DNA of 64,000 nt from the NCBI RefSeq assembly GCF_006345805.1, contig NC_043008.1, forward strand, positions 6,944,001-7,008,000. The letters run 5' to 3'. The translations under genes and the position numbers were made by a program. The stretch comes from Octopus sinensis (taxonomy: Eukaryota). Under the pieces are notes generated by a model. That model made no database searches. It was not told the origin of the DNA and worked only from the letters and a program-made list of their open reading frames with translations. Shown here one piece after another: positions 1 to 16,819 of the stretch. Each line of letters starts with the position of its first letter. Position 1 is the first letter of the stretch.

Positions 1-195
1 GGGAGGTCAGTCGCTCCACACTACTTGACCGGCAGCTACAGACGCGTTTCGGGGTATTGCCCCTTTTCAATGCAGCGTAGCCAGCCAGTAGTGTCGCTTC
101 CGACAATCTCTGTTCGATGGTTTTATTTACCTAGTTTCGGTGGAATACATCCACTTGTTTTCAATAATAGAAATATTAAAATAACTAAGTCCTCT
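1..195 (-). repeat. Inverted partial copy of the 360-bp unit, truncated by the window start
   Basis: 1-195 is the reverse complement of ~300-495 (GAGACTTAGTTATT...GACTGACCTCCC). It includes a minus-strand hammerhead at ~35-76. Confidence 0.9.
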
Positions 196-2129
196 CATGG
201 AGCTAATAAGCGGACAGCTTTTTTCTTATTTTTATAAGAATACCATATTAGTATGGCGATACTATATTATTTTCCGGGAACGCTGCCGCTGTTCTCTTAG
301 AGAGACTTAGTTATTTTAATATTTCTATTATTGAAAACAAGTGGATGTATTCCACCGAAACTAGGTAAATAAAACCATCGAACAGAGATTGTCGGAAGCG
401 ACACCTACTGGCTGGCTACGCTGCATTGAAAAGGGGCAATACCCCGAAACGCGTCTGTAGCTGCCGGTCAAGTAGTGTGGAGCGACTGACCTCCCTTGTT
501 CGAAGGTTATATGGATACAGTTTGTGTATCAAATAGCTAACTTAAGGCGATGGCCTCATGGAGCTAATAAGCGGACAGCTTTTTTCTTATTTTTATAAGA
601 ATACCATATTAGTATGGCGATAACTATTATTTTCCGGGAACGCTGCCGCTGTTCTCTTTTAGAGAGACTAGTTTATTATTTAATATTTCTATTATTGAAA
701 ACAAGTGGATGTATTCCACCGAAACTAGGTAATAAAACCATCGAACAGAGATTGTCGGAAGCGACACCTACTGGCTGGCTACGCTGCATTGAAAGGGGCA
801 ATACCCGAAACGCGTCTGTAGCTGCCGGTCAAGTAGTGTGGAGCGACTGACCTCCCTTGTTCGAAGGTTATATGGATACAGTTTGTGTATCAAATAGCTA
901 ACTTAAGGCGATGGCCTCATGGAGCTAATAAGCGGACAGCTTTTTTCTTATTTTTATAAGAATACCATATTAGTATGGCGATAACTATTATTTTCCGGGA
1001 CGCGCTGCCGCTGTTCTCTTTTAGAGACTTAGTTATTTTAATATTTCTATTTTGAAAACAAGTGGATGTATTCCACCGAAAAGGTAAATAAAACCATCGA
1101 ACAGAGATTGTCGGAAGCGACACCTACTGGCTGGCTACGCTGCATTGAAAGGGGCAATACCCCGAAACGCGTCTGTAGCTGCCGGTCAAGTAGTGTGGAG
1201 CGACTGACCTCCCTTGTTCGAAGGTTATATGGATACCAGTTTGTGTATCAAATAGCTAACTTAAGGCGATGGCCTCATGGAGCTAATAAGCGGACAGCTT
1301 TTTTCTTATTTTTATAAGAATACCATATTAGTATGGCGATAAACTATTATTTTCCCGGAACGCTGGCCGCTTTTCTCTTTAGAGAGACTTAGTTATTTTA
1401 ATATTTCTATTATTGAAAACAAGTGGATGTATTCCACCGAAACTAGGTAAATAAAACCATCGAACAGAGATTGTCGGAAGCGACACCTACTGGCTGGCTA
1501 CGCTCATTGAAAAGGGGCAATACCCCGAAACGCGTCTGTAGCTGCCGTTCAAGTAGTGTGGAGCGACTGACCTCCCTTTGTCGAAGGTTATATGGATACA
1601 GTTTGTGTATCAAATAGCTAACTACTTAGGCGATGGCCTCATGGAGCTAAATAGCGGACAGCTTTTTTCTTATTTTTATAGAATACCATATTAGTATGGC
1701 GATAATATTATTTTCCGGGAACGCTGCCGCTGTTCTCTTTTAGAGAGACTTAGTTATTTTAATATTTCTATTATTGAAAACAATGGATGTATTCCACCGA
1801 AACTAGGTAAATAAAACCATCGAACAGAGATTGTCGGAAGCGACACCTACTGGCTGGCTACGCTGCATTGAAAAGGGGCAATACCCCGAACGCGTCTGTA
1901 GCTGCCGGTCATAGTGTGGAGCGACTGACCTCCCTTGTTCGAAGGTTATATGGATACGTTGTGTATCAAATAGCTAACTTAAGGCGATGGCCTCATGGAG
2001 CTAATAAGCGGACAGCTTTTTTCTTATTTTTATAAGAATACCATATTAGTATGGCGATAACTATTATTTTCCGGAACGCTGCCGCTGTTCTCTTTTAGAG
2101 AGACTTAGTTTTTTTAATATTTCTATTAT

Positions 2130-2130
<1 letters not shown>
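193..2130 (+). repeat. Tandem array of ~360-bp units (~5.4 copies), each with a hammerhead ribozyme; retrozyme / Penelope pLTR-like non-autonomous retroelement
   Basis: The landmark CTGCATTGAAA(A)GGGGCAATACCC(C)GAAACGCGTC recurs at ~421, 784, 1140, 1503 and 1863 (period 356-363). Copies differ mainly by homopolymer indels. The array ends in (TA)n at ~2130 and has no RT ORF. Confidence 0.9.
400..478 (+). ncRNA. Type I hammerhead ribozyme, first forward copy; repeated every ~360 bp
   Basis: Stem I GCTGCA(420-425)/TGTAGC(456-461), extended by GCTGGC/GCCGGT and CTACT/AGTAG. Core TTGAAAA (426-432) is CUGANGA with C3-G8 replaced by U3-A8. Stem II GGGG-CAATA-CCCC, then GAAA. Mini stem III is the palindrome ACGCGT. 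GUC triplet predicts cleavage after 455. Confidence 0.8.
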
Positions 2131-4800
<2,670 letters not shown>

Positions 4801-5211
4801 TATGTGTGTGGGCAGGTGGTGTGGGTGGGTGGGTAAAGTGCCAGCAAAATTCTTAATTTCATGTTGCATCTTGTACATCACGTAAGTAAGTGAATGACGC
4901 TGATATGTGTGAATAAAGTAGCAAAAAAACGACAGCGGTAAACAACGGAACACCTAAATTTCAATCATCGCCTCGCCGCCACCATCCATGCCCTCCACCA
5001 CTAGCACCACCACCACCACTATCACGCTCTATCGCCATGCCTTTATCATATTTCTCAGCACCGCAACAGCGCCATCTCGTAATAGGATTTCAGTGCAGAA
5101 TGTAAAGAGATTGAACAATTACAGCAAAACATTTGTCCTCGTGAAAACTATTGTGGCAATGCTCCCTCTTTAATAATAATAACAATAACCAGAACGTTCG
5201 TGCTGATAATG

Positions 5212-5260
<49 letters not shown>

Positions 5261-5288
5261 CAATAATAATGATAATGATAATAATATA

Positions 5289-5450
5289 GGCGTAGGAGTG
5301 GCTGTGTAGTAAGTAGCTTGCTTACGAACCACATGGTTCTGGGTTCAGTCCCACTGCGTGGCACTGGGCAAGTGTCTTCTGCTATAGCCCCGGGCCGACC
5401 AAAGCCTTGTGAGTGGATTTGGCAGACGGAAACTGAAAGAAGCCGTCGTA

Positions 5451-5483
<33 letters not shown>

Positions 5484-5733
5484 GATATAAATATATATAT
5501 GTATGTATGTCGTGTTTTGTGTGTCTGTATTTGTCCTCCCAACATCGCTTGACAACCGATGCTGGGTGTTTACGCCCGTACGTAAAGCGGTCGCAAAAAA
5601 GAGACCGATATAAAAAATACTTGGCTTCAGAGAATAAGTCCTGGGGTCGATTTGACGACTAAAGGCGGTGCTCCAGCATGGCCACAGTCACATGACTGAA
5701 ACAAGTAAAAGAGTAAAGAGCAAGTAAAGAGTA
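5289..5733 (+). mobile_element. tRNA-derived SINE family B (CORE-like, internal TA/TG microsatellite)
   Basis: Head GGCGTAGGAGTGGCTGTGTAGTAAG...GGGTTCAGTCCC with A/B-box-like motifs, GGGCAAGTGTCTT core and (AAAGAGT) tail. It sits next to (TAA)n. A reverse-complement copy lies at 47158-47573. Confidence 0.8.
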
Positions 5734-5742
5734 TTATTATTA

Positions 5743-5787
<45 letters not shown>

Positions 5788-6649
5788 ATCCTTTCTGCTA
5801 TAGGCCCAAGACCTGCATTTTGAAACCGAAGCAGTTGGCAAGAATTTAATTGAAACAGAAATACTTTCTATCAATAATCCTCTCACTCTTCATTCTTACA
5901 ATAGATTTCACTGTGGACATGAAACAGAGAAAAACAGTTTCTCTCTCCTAGCTGCCGGATGGTGGAGTGGTGAACCATCCGATGAACTCGGTTTACAGCC
6001 GAATCTGTCTAACACGTGACAACAGCTGTTCCATTTAACCACACAAATCAGAAAGCCTCAGACCGCGGAAACGTACTCTAATGGTTATGTTGTTCTAGGG
6101 TACCGCAATCAAGTACTACCTAATAGCGTAACAAAGGTTACGGAGTTGCTCACGAAACACTAGCTCTATATTATGACTACCAAATCACAAATTTGTGTAA
6201 GTTCACAATAAACCTGGTGCTGTCGTAAATTCGCCGAGATTGACTATTCGGTTGATTGTTCTTTCGAAGTGTTATTTTTTTTTTTTACAAGTGACCGTCT
6301 TTGATCTGTCCTCACAATAGATACCCTGGGTGATGCACCACCACACGCGTCGTCCGGGTGGTAGAGACTTGTGATTGCTTCTTTATATACCAGATATTAG
6401 GCTTCATTTCTTTGTCTGCGATTGACCCCAAAACCGATGCCTCGTTAAAGAGGTGAGCTATGAAGAAAATATGCCTCATACGAATCAATTTCACCTTCTC
6501 CTTATCCAGGATTTTCAATAAATCATTTCTTTATTATTGTCACGAGGGGCCATCGATGAAGGTTTTATGACAAGTGCCAATTGCAAAATAACGAGAGGTT
6601 TGCACAGAATTGAGTTATTATAAACATGTATGTTACATTGAATAAACAG

Positions 6650-7330
6650 TGACAAGCAAACGTTGTTTGTATTTTATTGGAAGTAAAACCCAGTAAAGGT
6701 TACAGAACAGACATAATAATGGAGAAAAGGTATCAACGAAAGCATGAACTATATAAAGAAATACCAGCGAATATTTGATTGCGAACAGTGAAATGCGAAG
6801 AACACGCTTCGTTGGGAAATATAGCCAGTAGTAGAGAAATATGAGTAGAGCAATAAAAATACAGTGTTGCGGTTGATCATTCCAGAAATTTTAGATTGAG
6901 TTTAAAGGACTTAGTGCCGTTCTTCTGGATCAGTAACCTTACACTAGATACTAGAAAAGAACCAACGAACTTAAAATAGATATAAATGCTACATGGCACG
7001 TAATAAAATTGATGGAGCAGAAGCTATTATCTTGTACTCGGTGCTGTTGAAAAGTCAATATATACACCAGTAAAACTGTTTAGTTGGATATTTTTACTAG
7101 AAAATTCTCAGGCATTTTAGAATGAAAGCCAGTTGTAAACGATAGCAATGTAATCTTACGAGCGTTGCCAAAAGCCAGTAAGTCTTATAAAATATAGACA
7201 CCGAAAATGGCGGTATTGGAAAACCAAGATGATACCGTCTTTAAAACCTATAAACTATGTACTGTGGACTATGATTGATATCTCATGGCCTACAGACGGA
7301 AATATATTAATCTATGAGATTTAGCAATGT
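6650..7330 (+). pseudogene. Highly decayed R4/Dong-like non-LTR retrotransposon relic
   Basis: Fragmentary translations RIFDCEQ*NAKNTLR, PKMAVLENQDDTV and MIDISWPTDGNIL resemble R4-clade thumb and RLE motifs. Many stops and frameshifts. Confidence 0.35.
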
Positions 7331-8226
7331 CTGTAGACAAAAATTCACTGAACGAAACAGGATAACGTGGGGGTCATCGAGCAAATATTTGTAGAAGTCG
7401 AAGTAGGAGGAATTTTAAATAATCGAAATAAATCAATAGGAATCCACTGAATTCCTATCGAAGTTGACCATGAGGAATATCATTTTAATGCTTGGATCAG
7501 TTTTGAAAGTTTCCATTAGCATCTGGAGAACGTTCTTTAGTTTGGAAAGAAATAGAGTGACATTTTAACTAGTATTTAAAACGGCTATTAATATCCATTT
7601 GGGAAAACACAGGCACTTGTTGTTCATCGGTTAAAATGACCATTGCTAATACTGGATATAACTAATGTAATTATTGATTGCTAAATATTTTGTTGCTGCT
7701 GTTGGTACTGTCGAGTAAGCCAGCCGAGAGCTGAATAAGTAAAGTTGAATGGAAAACGTGGATTAGCTAACTTAACGCGGTTCTTTTGCTTTAAGATTTA
7801 GGACTTAGAGATTTGACTTTCTAAAGAAGGTAGGGATTCTCTTGTTGAATCATTGTGAGGTATTTCATAGCTGTTCTCTCTGTGAAGTTATAGTTTATGC
7901 ACTTAAAACATTCATAGCGTTTATAAATATATTTTAGATATATAAATATACAATTGATGCAATAGCTAAAGAAGAACGAACAGAACTATCGTGAAAGGGA
8001 TTTTCAAGTGTAATCACACCGTTCCTTGAAAGGTATGAAAGATTACACTTATTAATAAGTCTTTTCTTGAATTAAGATGGCAGATTATAATTATTATAAG
8101 GCAATTTATCTGCTAATTCCTACAGACCGAACGACCTTGCATAGATAATGTGTTGGCTCGAAGTGTGGAATTACGTTCCAAACATTGTTATCTGTTTCAC
8201 ACTTGCTTGTAGACTTGTTCTTTCAG

Positions 8227-8279
<53 letters not shown>

Positions 8280-8843
8280 GATCATTGGTGATCATAAATC
8301 TTCCTGATAACAATCTGGCGACATTGTCAAATGTTTGTTGCTTTTCCTCTTTATAGATTCGTACCCAGTCATTCTAACTCGACCTCCGCGAAACATAAGC
8401 AAATATTATTAAGACATGTTGGTTTAATAACCGATGTTGTTCATGTTCTTGTTGCCGTTCTAACAGTTGTTGATGGTGAAATGTAGAGATGATGTCGTCG
8501 GCAGCGATGCTGTTGTCATAGACGGTCTTAACTACAGCTGTTATTCGGAACGTTGCTGTCTTTGGCAAAGATTTTGTTTCTCTTACCCATGTATTGGTTA
8601 CGAATTTTTGTGTTAAGATTATAGACGTTGTTACAAAGACCCACATGCATGAACGCACATATGTATGCATATATATGTGTGTGTGTGTATGTGTGGTATA
8701 TGTATATATATATATCTGTATATACATACATAAATACACACACATATATTATACATACATTCCTACACACAAACACCTACCCCACATATGTATATATATG
8801 TATATATATATGTATATATAATATATATATATTAATGTATAGA

Positions 8844-8881
<38 letters not shown>

Positions 8882-8910
8882 GTATATATATTCTATATAA
8901 TATATATATG

Positions 8911-8965
<55 letters not shown>

Positions 8966-9279
8966 TATTATATGTATATATATATATATATTATGTATAT
9001 ATAATATATATATATATATATTATATATATATATATACATCCATGTATATAAATACATATATATATACATGCACCTACATATTCTTTGTATTTTTTCGAT
9101 TACAACGCTGTCTCTAATATAATGTGACCTCCATTTTTTTAACCAAAAAATTAATAATATATTTTATCTTATTCCTTTTACAGACAAGTATAATGCTACC
9201 ATTAATTTTAATCTTTATAGCTTGAACTAAATTCCTTGTATTATACACGAGTAAATACGTCACATATATATATATATAC

Positions 9280-9317
<38 letters not shown>

Positions 9318-9840
9318 GTGTGTGTGTGCGTGTGTGTGTGTGCGTGTGTGTGTGTGTGTGTTCAGAGGGAAAGAGAAAAAGAGATTTAGAGAAAAAGCCA
9401 AATGTTTAAAATTTGCTGGTAGTGGTACAGGAATGAGAGAAATCCAGTGAGCTCAATCAATATATATATATAGTTGATGATTTGAGCGAGTCTATATGAT
9501 GGCTAGAGAGAGATAGATAGATAGATAGTGAGAGAGACAGAGAGAACGAGTGGAAAAGGAGAGTTTATGTGAGAGAGAGAGAGAGGGGGAAAGAGAGATC
9601 AAGTGGAGGGAGTACTAATTCCTTTACTCTGATTTTTGGGTAGTGCCAGCCAGAAATCACATTATTGAGAAATGTGATTTGATAAGAAAGAGAATATTGG
9701 AGATAAAATATATAAATGGGAGACATGAGGGTTAGAGAGAGAGAGAGAGATATTAGGGGGAGGGAGTAGCGCGAAGCTGGTGATATTTGCTTGGATGGGG
9801 GTATCATTGATTTATTATACATATATATAATATATATTAT

Positions 9841-9891
<51 letters not shown>

Positions 9892-10217
9892 GTGTGTGTG
9901 TGTGTTGTGTGTGTGGTGTGTGTGTGTGTATTTATCGCGAAAACTAGTGTGACCGAATTTGGAATGTGAAGTGAAAACTGGATGAAAATTAATGTATTAG
10001 ACGGGAGATACGTTATGCCTTCGTCCGGTCAATTGTATCAACGATTCACACCGAACTGCTTCAACTTGGTGCTCGGCGAAGCGCGGGGAAAATGGTTGAG
10101 AGGCGTAACATTGTTATACAGGAGTCTACTAAGTTGGTACTTGTTCATGGGAAAAACTGAAAGACAATGGAGGAGATTATACCGAAGAGCAGAAAAGAGA
10201 GATAGATAGATTAAATC

Positions 10218-10298
<81 letters not shown>

Positions 10299-10420
10299 TA
10301 GAGAGAGAGAGAGAAATGGGAAAATGAGAGTGTTTAATTTTAAAGAATGACACAAAGCGGTGGTGGATGGATTGATGGATGAATGAAGACACATGAACGA
10401 AAATGAATCGATCAAATATA

Positions 10421-11193
10421 TTGGGTCATCCCATAAATAATGCGGTTTTGTCAAGTACATGAACTAAAAGTCGGAGCGGGGCGGAATAAACTACCTGCAT
10501 CAACTTTCTATAAAAGTAGGTAGTAATTTTACCTTGTGCTTATTCTTAGTGAAAGTTTTGAAGAGTGCAGTTCGATTTTAACAGTTATTTTTTCAAAGCT
10601 ATAATGGAAGTGACAAAGGAACATATTTGGCCTATTTTGCTTTAAGAGTTCAATAAAGGCAACAACGCGACGGAAAATGCGAGGAATATTGTTGCAGTAT
10701 ATGGAGATCGGACAATAAGTGTAAGCCTGTGTCAGTTCCAGAAATTCTGAGCCGGAAACTGCAGCCTAGAAGACAAGCCTCGTCCTGGAACATCTGTAGA
10801 GTACGATGAGGACGTCCTGCAAACCCTGGTGGAACAAAATCCCATCGTAACTGTTGAGGAACTAGTAGAGAAGCTTGGATTTGGTCATTCGACCAGTCAT
10901 TGACGCTTGAATGCCATCGGAAGAGTCAGCAAATTGGGTCAATGGGTTCTATGTAAAAATGTCAAGTGCTGAGGACAGTAGATATGGAAAGGAGAAACAA
11001 CAGCACCCCAAGGTAAAGGTCTCACCCACGTAAGGTGTTATCTGTTTGGTGGGATATGAAAGGTTTAGTCCACTTTGAAATTTTAAACCGAAACCAAACG
11101 ATAACAGAGAACTACTGCGTGTAAGTTGAGTGGCTTAAGTCAGATCTATATCAAAATAATAATCTTTTCTACTGAAGACACAAGGCTCGACAC
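10421..11193 (+). mobile_element. Decayed mariner DNA transposon: left TIR plus broken transposase
   Basis: TA|TTGGGTCATCCCATAAATAATGCGGTTT TIR. ATG at 10604 gives MEVTKEHIWPILL*EFNKGNNATENARNIVAVYGDRTISV...LEDKPRPG...ELVEKLGFGHST...IGRVSKLGQWV, then SVWWDMKGLVHFE. These are mariner HTH, WVP and catalytic-region motifs, with stops and deletions. Confidence 0.9.
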
Positions 11194-11194
11194 T

Positions 11195-11260
11195 AGTACG
11201 CAACTGGTACTTAATTTTTCGACCCCGAAAAGATGAAAGGCAAACGCGACCTCAGCGGAA
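11195..11260 (-). mobile_element. SINE family A fragment
   Basis: AACTGGTACTTAATTTTTCGACCCCGAAAAGATGAAAGGCAAA matches the family A core. Confidence 0.7.
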
Positions 11261-12369
11261 AATAATAATACTGTACATACTGAAGTGATATTGAAGCAGT
11301 GTGTGTATTACTCTCATTGTTTGCGTAATGACCCTCCCAAGAAATGTGTATAGAGTATGTATTAATGTCATATATATCGTGGCGCACACTGTTAAAGATC
11401 TTGTCCATACGTGAAGCCGGTCAATCGCTCGCTTGGATTTTATCATTTGTCACCAAAAGTTAAGGATGTGATCTCCATTTATATCGGACATCTGACACGT
11501 AACATTTAATAAGGACCCTGATGGTGTATCTACTTATACGACTATGTTCTGGTATAGGTAAAAAAAAAAAAAGTAACTACTGTGAATGACGACCAGGTCT
11601 TGTATCTATTTACAAGCGATTTACACGGAAATAGGGAACGTTTTAAGGGGTCTGTAAGGTATTAGTTTCCATCCTCTTATATTTGGTTCGGTGTCACTGG
11701 AAAGTGAAAGTAGAAAGGTAAAATGTTAGATAAGATATGATGGAGAGTGGAAAGCGATGCAAAACACGAGAAGTGGGTGAATATATATTCTTTTGAAGTG
11801 TTGTGTGTGCATGTATGTCTCTGTGTGCCTGCATGTGCGTAAGTGTGTGTGCGTGTGTGTGTGTGTGTGTGTGTGGTGTGTGTGTGTGTGTGTGTGTAGT
11901 GAAGCCAGGCATAAATATGTTATGCTGCGCCTGATAATAATCCTAGCCTCTTTCTTCTTGAAACGAGGCTGCACCAAAATCTATGCAACACAAATAGCAA
12001 CAGATCTGAAATAAAATATGTAAAGAGTTTTGTGTGTAGATTATGTAAGGAAGGTTACATAATCGATTTTGGTAAACTGTTGTAATTCTATCGTAGAAAT
12101 TTATATACATATATGTAGTGAATGTTGGCAGTTTAGGAGGTGGGTGTGTCGCTGTCTGTGAGTGATGTGGGAAGCAAGCGGAAAGCGAAAGGGACAGAAA
12201 GAGAGAGAGCGAGAGAGAGAGGAGTGTACGGATGGTAGATATATGTATTAGATGACTATACAAATTATATAAAGATGTGTATGCGTGTATGTGTGTGTGT
12301 CTATATATGTGTATATATATATATATATATAAATATGTGTGTATATATATATATAAATATGTGTATATA

Positions 12370-12423
<54 letters not shown>

Positions 12424-14480
12424 CATACATACATACATATATATATCTCAACAGATACAGGAAACGCGTATACACTTGTATGTAATATGTATACACACAC
12501 ACACATGCGTATATACATATATACACATACATCCATATACATGGCAGCAGAACGATTATATAAACGTACGTCTATATGAATTTGCGCATGTATGAATATA
12601 TCTATGTATACATGTATATGTGTTTGTACATACGTGTGTGTGCGTGTGTGTGTGTGTGCGTGTGCGTGTGTGTGGTATGTTCGAATGTATGTGTGTGAGT
12701 ATATGTCCGCCTGTTTGTATATGACTATGCGACTGTATGTATATGTGTGTGTGTGCGTGTGGTAGGGGGTATTTGTATTGTCTTCTGATGACATCAATGC
12801 TCATGGGAAACGCATGTACGCCAACCATTCTATTGCTGGTCTCTCAAGAAGTCTGCAAGCCTAATCATCATTGATTAATTTCGGAGAGAGAAGAACACTA
12901 AAGATTCCACTCGCTCATCCTTTTCCTTTCTCTCTCTTTGGCTCACTCGTTTTGGTTTTGTCTTGTAAATGTTATGTTTTCCATTTTGTATTGGTTTGCA
13001 TTTCAGTTTTCATATTGTAATCTAGTTTAACATTTATTCCTGTTTTAATATATAATCTCTTGTTAATGTACATGGAGCTAACATATACGTGCGTATAGGT
13101 GTGTGTAAGTGTGCGAATTTACACACACACACGCATACACACACATATATATATTTATGTACATATAAACACATGTATATATGTACAGTTATGTATATAA
13201 ATATATTCATACGTGCACATGCATACTACATATACATACATATATACACATACACACATGTATATACATATACATGTATAAATGTATGTATGTATGTATG
13301 TATACAATTGAAATGCGGTTCGGTCGGATCTGCCAAACGTGAGTGTTTGTCGATTAACAGGAATTGGTTTATAAGTGGCTGAATATTCCCCAGACAAGCG
13401 CACCTTTAATGTAATTTTAAGGCAGCGCCATACGACATTGGTTAGAATATTTAATTGTTTCGAAGATAAAACTGAAGCCAAATGTTCTGTAATGCTGTTT
13501 ACCGAATCAAATATGTATCTTCTCCAAGTTTATCTCTCCTCTAAGCCAGACATCTTTAAGAGTATGTTCGATTCGGTAACAAGCCAATGGTGATAGGGGG
13601 TTGCTTAGATTCACAGCTGAAACTATTCAATATCTTATCAACCATCGCTGTTAAATGCCAACCCCCCAATGGAATTTGAACTCATAACTAAGGGGGAGAG
13701 AAGTGAACATCGAAGTATTTAGACCAGTACATTGCTAATAATATTTCCTGCTCGCCGTTCTTCTCAACGCTGTTCAAGATTGCTGGCATTTCGCATATAT
13801 AATGTTTTCATTCTACTTTAACGGCTACTAAAACAAACTTTCCGACATTGCTTAAATTACGATTACTCTTCTCATAAAGTAAAACAAACAAGATACGCAG
13901 ACATAAGACATTCCTTCTCTCACTTGCTTCCAACACACACACGCGCGCACGCACAGAGTTGTAGTACTGCCTCCACTTATCATCGTGGCGAAGATCCAGG
14001 TGAAAAATATTAAGTGTGAAGGAATGGATCGTTCCTTTTATTTTTATTTTCTTAACTGATGGCGGTCGACTTCCGCCGACATCGTGAGTTGATTTATATC
14101 ACCTCCTTGACACCTTTTTACTACTGAAAAGTGAAAAAGAAGAACAAAATACCTAAAAATATTAATAAAACATATTAACATACTTGGAAGAAAATGGATT
14201 GAAGAAGCCACTTCTTGTTTTTTTCCTTCCCAGGAGAATAATGTTTAACATTGGCACAAGGCCAAAAATATTTATAAGGGGTTGAGAGTTAAATGGATTG
14301 ATAATGATGGTATATGTAGTCCTTTTATTAAACCGAGGGCGTTGAAAGATGAACCGGATCCCTGCTGGGCTTGAACGTGTATAGAATTTGCAGAATCATA
14401 GCTAAATATTGTTCGCGCACCTTGCCACTTATTTGCCATTCCGTGTTTCCTCTATAGAACTATTCATTACACACATAAAC

Positions 14481-14732
14481 CAGTGGTTCTCAAAGTAGGC
14501 GGTACAACCCCCTTCGGGGCGGGGGAGAGATCCAGAGGGACATTGAAGTGGGGGTAATAATGGGGTGACCAAAAGGGGGCAATGGAGGTAAAGAAATGAA
14601 AATAATGGGTTAATTAGGTTACGTTTTGTGAAATTTGTTTTGAATTTGCTGTAGAAAATCGTCTATGTCTGTGGTGGTGAGATTCTAAGAATGTGGGAAC
14701 GGCAGCCTGAAAAAAAACTGAGGGAGGCACTG
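14481..14732. mobile_element. Degenerate hAT(Charlie)-like MITE
   Basis: Starts CAGTGGTTCTCAAAGT and ends ...GAGGCACTG (imperfect TIR). Confidence 0.4.
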
Positions 14733-15657
14733 ATATAAGTGAATGGGTAGGTATAGTTTATTGGAGCGAACCCTATATATGGTATTTACTTTCCCGACCC
14801 AGGGATTATGAGGAGCAAACTCTATCAAGACGTTACGACCTAAGTAAATTCCACCAGGAATCATTTTCTTCAGATGTTCAACTCACTTTCATATTCTCCA
14901 CTCCTCCATTATAAACAATAAGGATATCTAACGAAGACTATTACATCAAATATTGAAGGTGGGAGTAGATCCTATTGTATTTTTTTTTTGTCCAATTCTT
15001 AATGAGTGGAACTTGTTTTATCGATTTTAAAAGGATAAAAATCAAAAACAACCACGTAAAATTTTCAAATGAGAATCTAAAAATATTTGACAAAATAGCG
15101 TAAAACCGAACCTGCTAATTCATATTCTGCAGAATAGTACTGACATGAACCGGATTTTAGAGGTGAACCTGCTGAGAATGTGAAGAAACTTCATAATTTC
15201 TGAATCGTATAAAAATGTCCATTTGGGAGAAAAAGACATTATTGTGAATATATTTTAATGAAGCACAGAAAACCGGCGTAAGCTGTTGGTATTTTGCTTT
15301 CGCAGCACCATAGAAATGTGCATTAATACATACTTACACGCACACACAAACACGCATATATAGCATTTCACGTGTGTACAATTAGATGTACGACTGTTAG
15401 TGGAGATTTTCAAGCTCCATGAAGAATGTCATTATCCAACGGATTTTCAGTATAGCGTTGCGGTTACAACTGTGCTTGGCAACATTATGGCTCTGAGATA
15501 GAGAACAAGCGTAGGAAAGATATAACAAACACACATATGTTTATCATACTTTCCACAAATACACACACACATATGTATATACACGCTCACTCATACACAC
15601 AAAGACACACACAAACAGATACGTATATATCATCATACATATATATAAACGGCAAAA

Positions 15658-15880
15658 GGTGGCGAGCTGCTGGCAGAATCGTTAGCATGCCAGGAGAAAT
15701 GCGTAGCCGTATTTCGTCTGACGTTACGTTCTGAGTTCAAATTTCACCGAGGTCGACTTTGCCTTTCATCCTTTCGGGGTCGATAAATTAAGTACCAGTT
15801 TCGCACTGGGGTCGATGTAATCGACTTAATCCGTTTGTCTGTCTCCTCTATGTTTAGCCCCTTGTGGGTAGTAAAGAAAT
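15658..15880 (+). mobile_element. tRNA-derived SINE family A
   Basis: GGCGAGCTG..GCAGAATCGTTAGC head, GAGTTCAAAT B-box, core GCCTTTCATCCTTTCGGGGTCGATAAATTAAGTACCAG, tail GTAGTAAAGAAAT. Many copies in the window. Confidence 0.85.
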
Positions 15881-16819
15881 ATATATATAAAGGCATATAT
15901 TTGTATGTGGCTATTTATACATGTGTGTATTTACGAATATCCGCGTGTGTGTGTGCTATGCTATATAACAGAACGTAACCGTGGGTTTGAGCAAAGAATG
16001 TGTGTGTGAATTCAACTTCGTTACATGCAGTGTGCAATTCTAAAGATTCTTCTTTACGAAACAAAATCAATGTGGGCAGAAAGTGAGGGATCAGTAACTG
16101 AAACTTCAATATTCCTTGAAATTTCATCTTTAATCGACAATACTTGGTTTGTTTCGTAGTATCTGATCACTTCAACAACCAACACTAGTAACGTACCAGC
16201 AATTATATGCAGACTAAACATACACGGTGATTGCTCCATCTTTACATTTGACGGACTTCTTTTTCTTCCTCGTTGTCAAAGGCATTTCTGCCTTTCCATC
16301 CAGGACCTCTCTAATGACTATTCAGCCCCTTTGAAGATCTACACGTTTTGAAACATTGATGACTAAACGAAAGTTGTAAGCTACTGTGCACTTCCGACCG
16401 GTTTGGTCTGCACACGAGGTCTTTCAGTGGATGGAGGGACAAAAGGGTTTACCATGTCACTGAAGTATAGTGATAAATGGTTGTTCAACAGAAATAAGAT
16501 TCTCTTAGAGTCTGTGATTATGATTTAGTGACAGATCAGTAATCACACGAAACCGCACCTGAAGGATGCTGTGACCCTCACTCTCGGTGGTCTTTCTACG
16601 CTTCGTTACGCTAACCAAGAGCATTTCTGCCTCCCTGCGCTCAAATGGATTGTCATCACACATGGTTGTTAACCGATAGGTGGAATGATGACAGGTGTTA
16701 CTACTCTGGATCAGAGTAAGCTTCGGTAGAATTATGGCTAAGAATTGGTTGCTCACTCTTCAAGACACTGAAACTGCCAAACCAGAGCCCCACTACATAC
16801 ATACAGTGTGTGTGTGTGA

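Noticed and set aside
25-1317. Short ORFs in the 360-bp array, including a WIQF...WPHGANKR stretch faintly like a GIY-YIG C-terminus
   Set aside because: Frames are not preserved between copies, the ORFs are short, and the similarity is too weak to call.
16120-16780. Higher-complexity island that might be an exon or retroelement
   Set aside because: No long open frame or recognisable motif found; it would need BLASTx.
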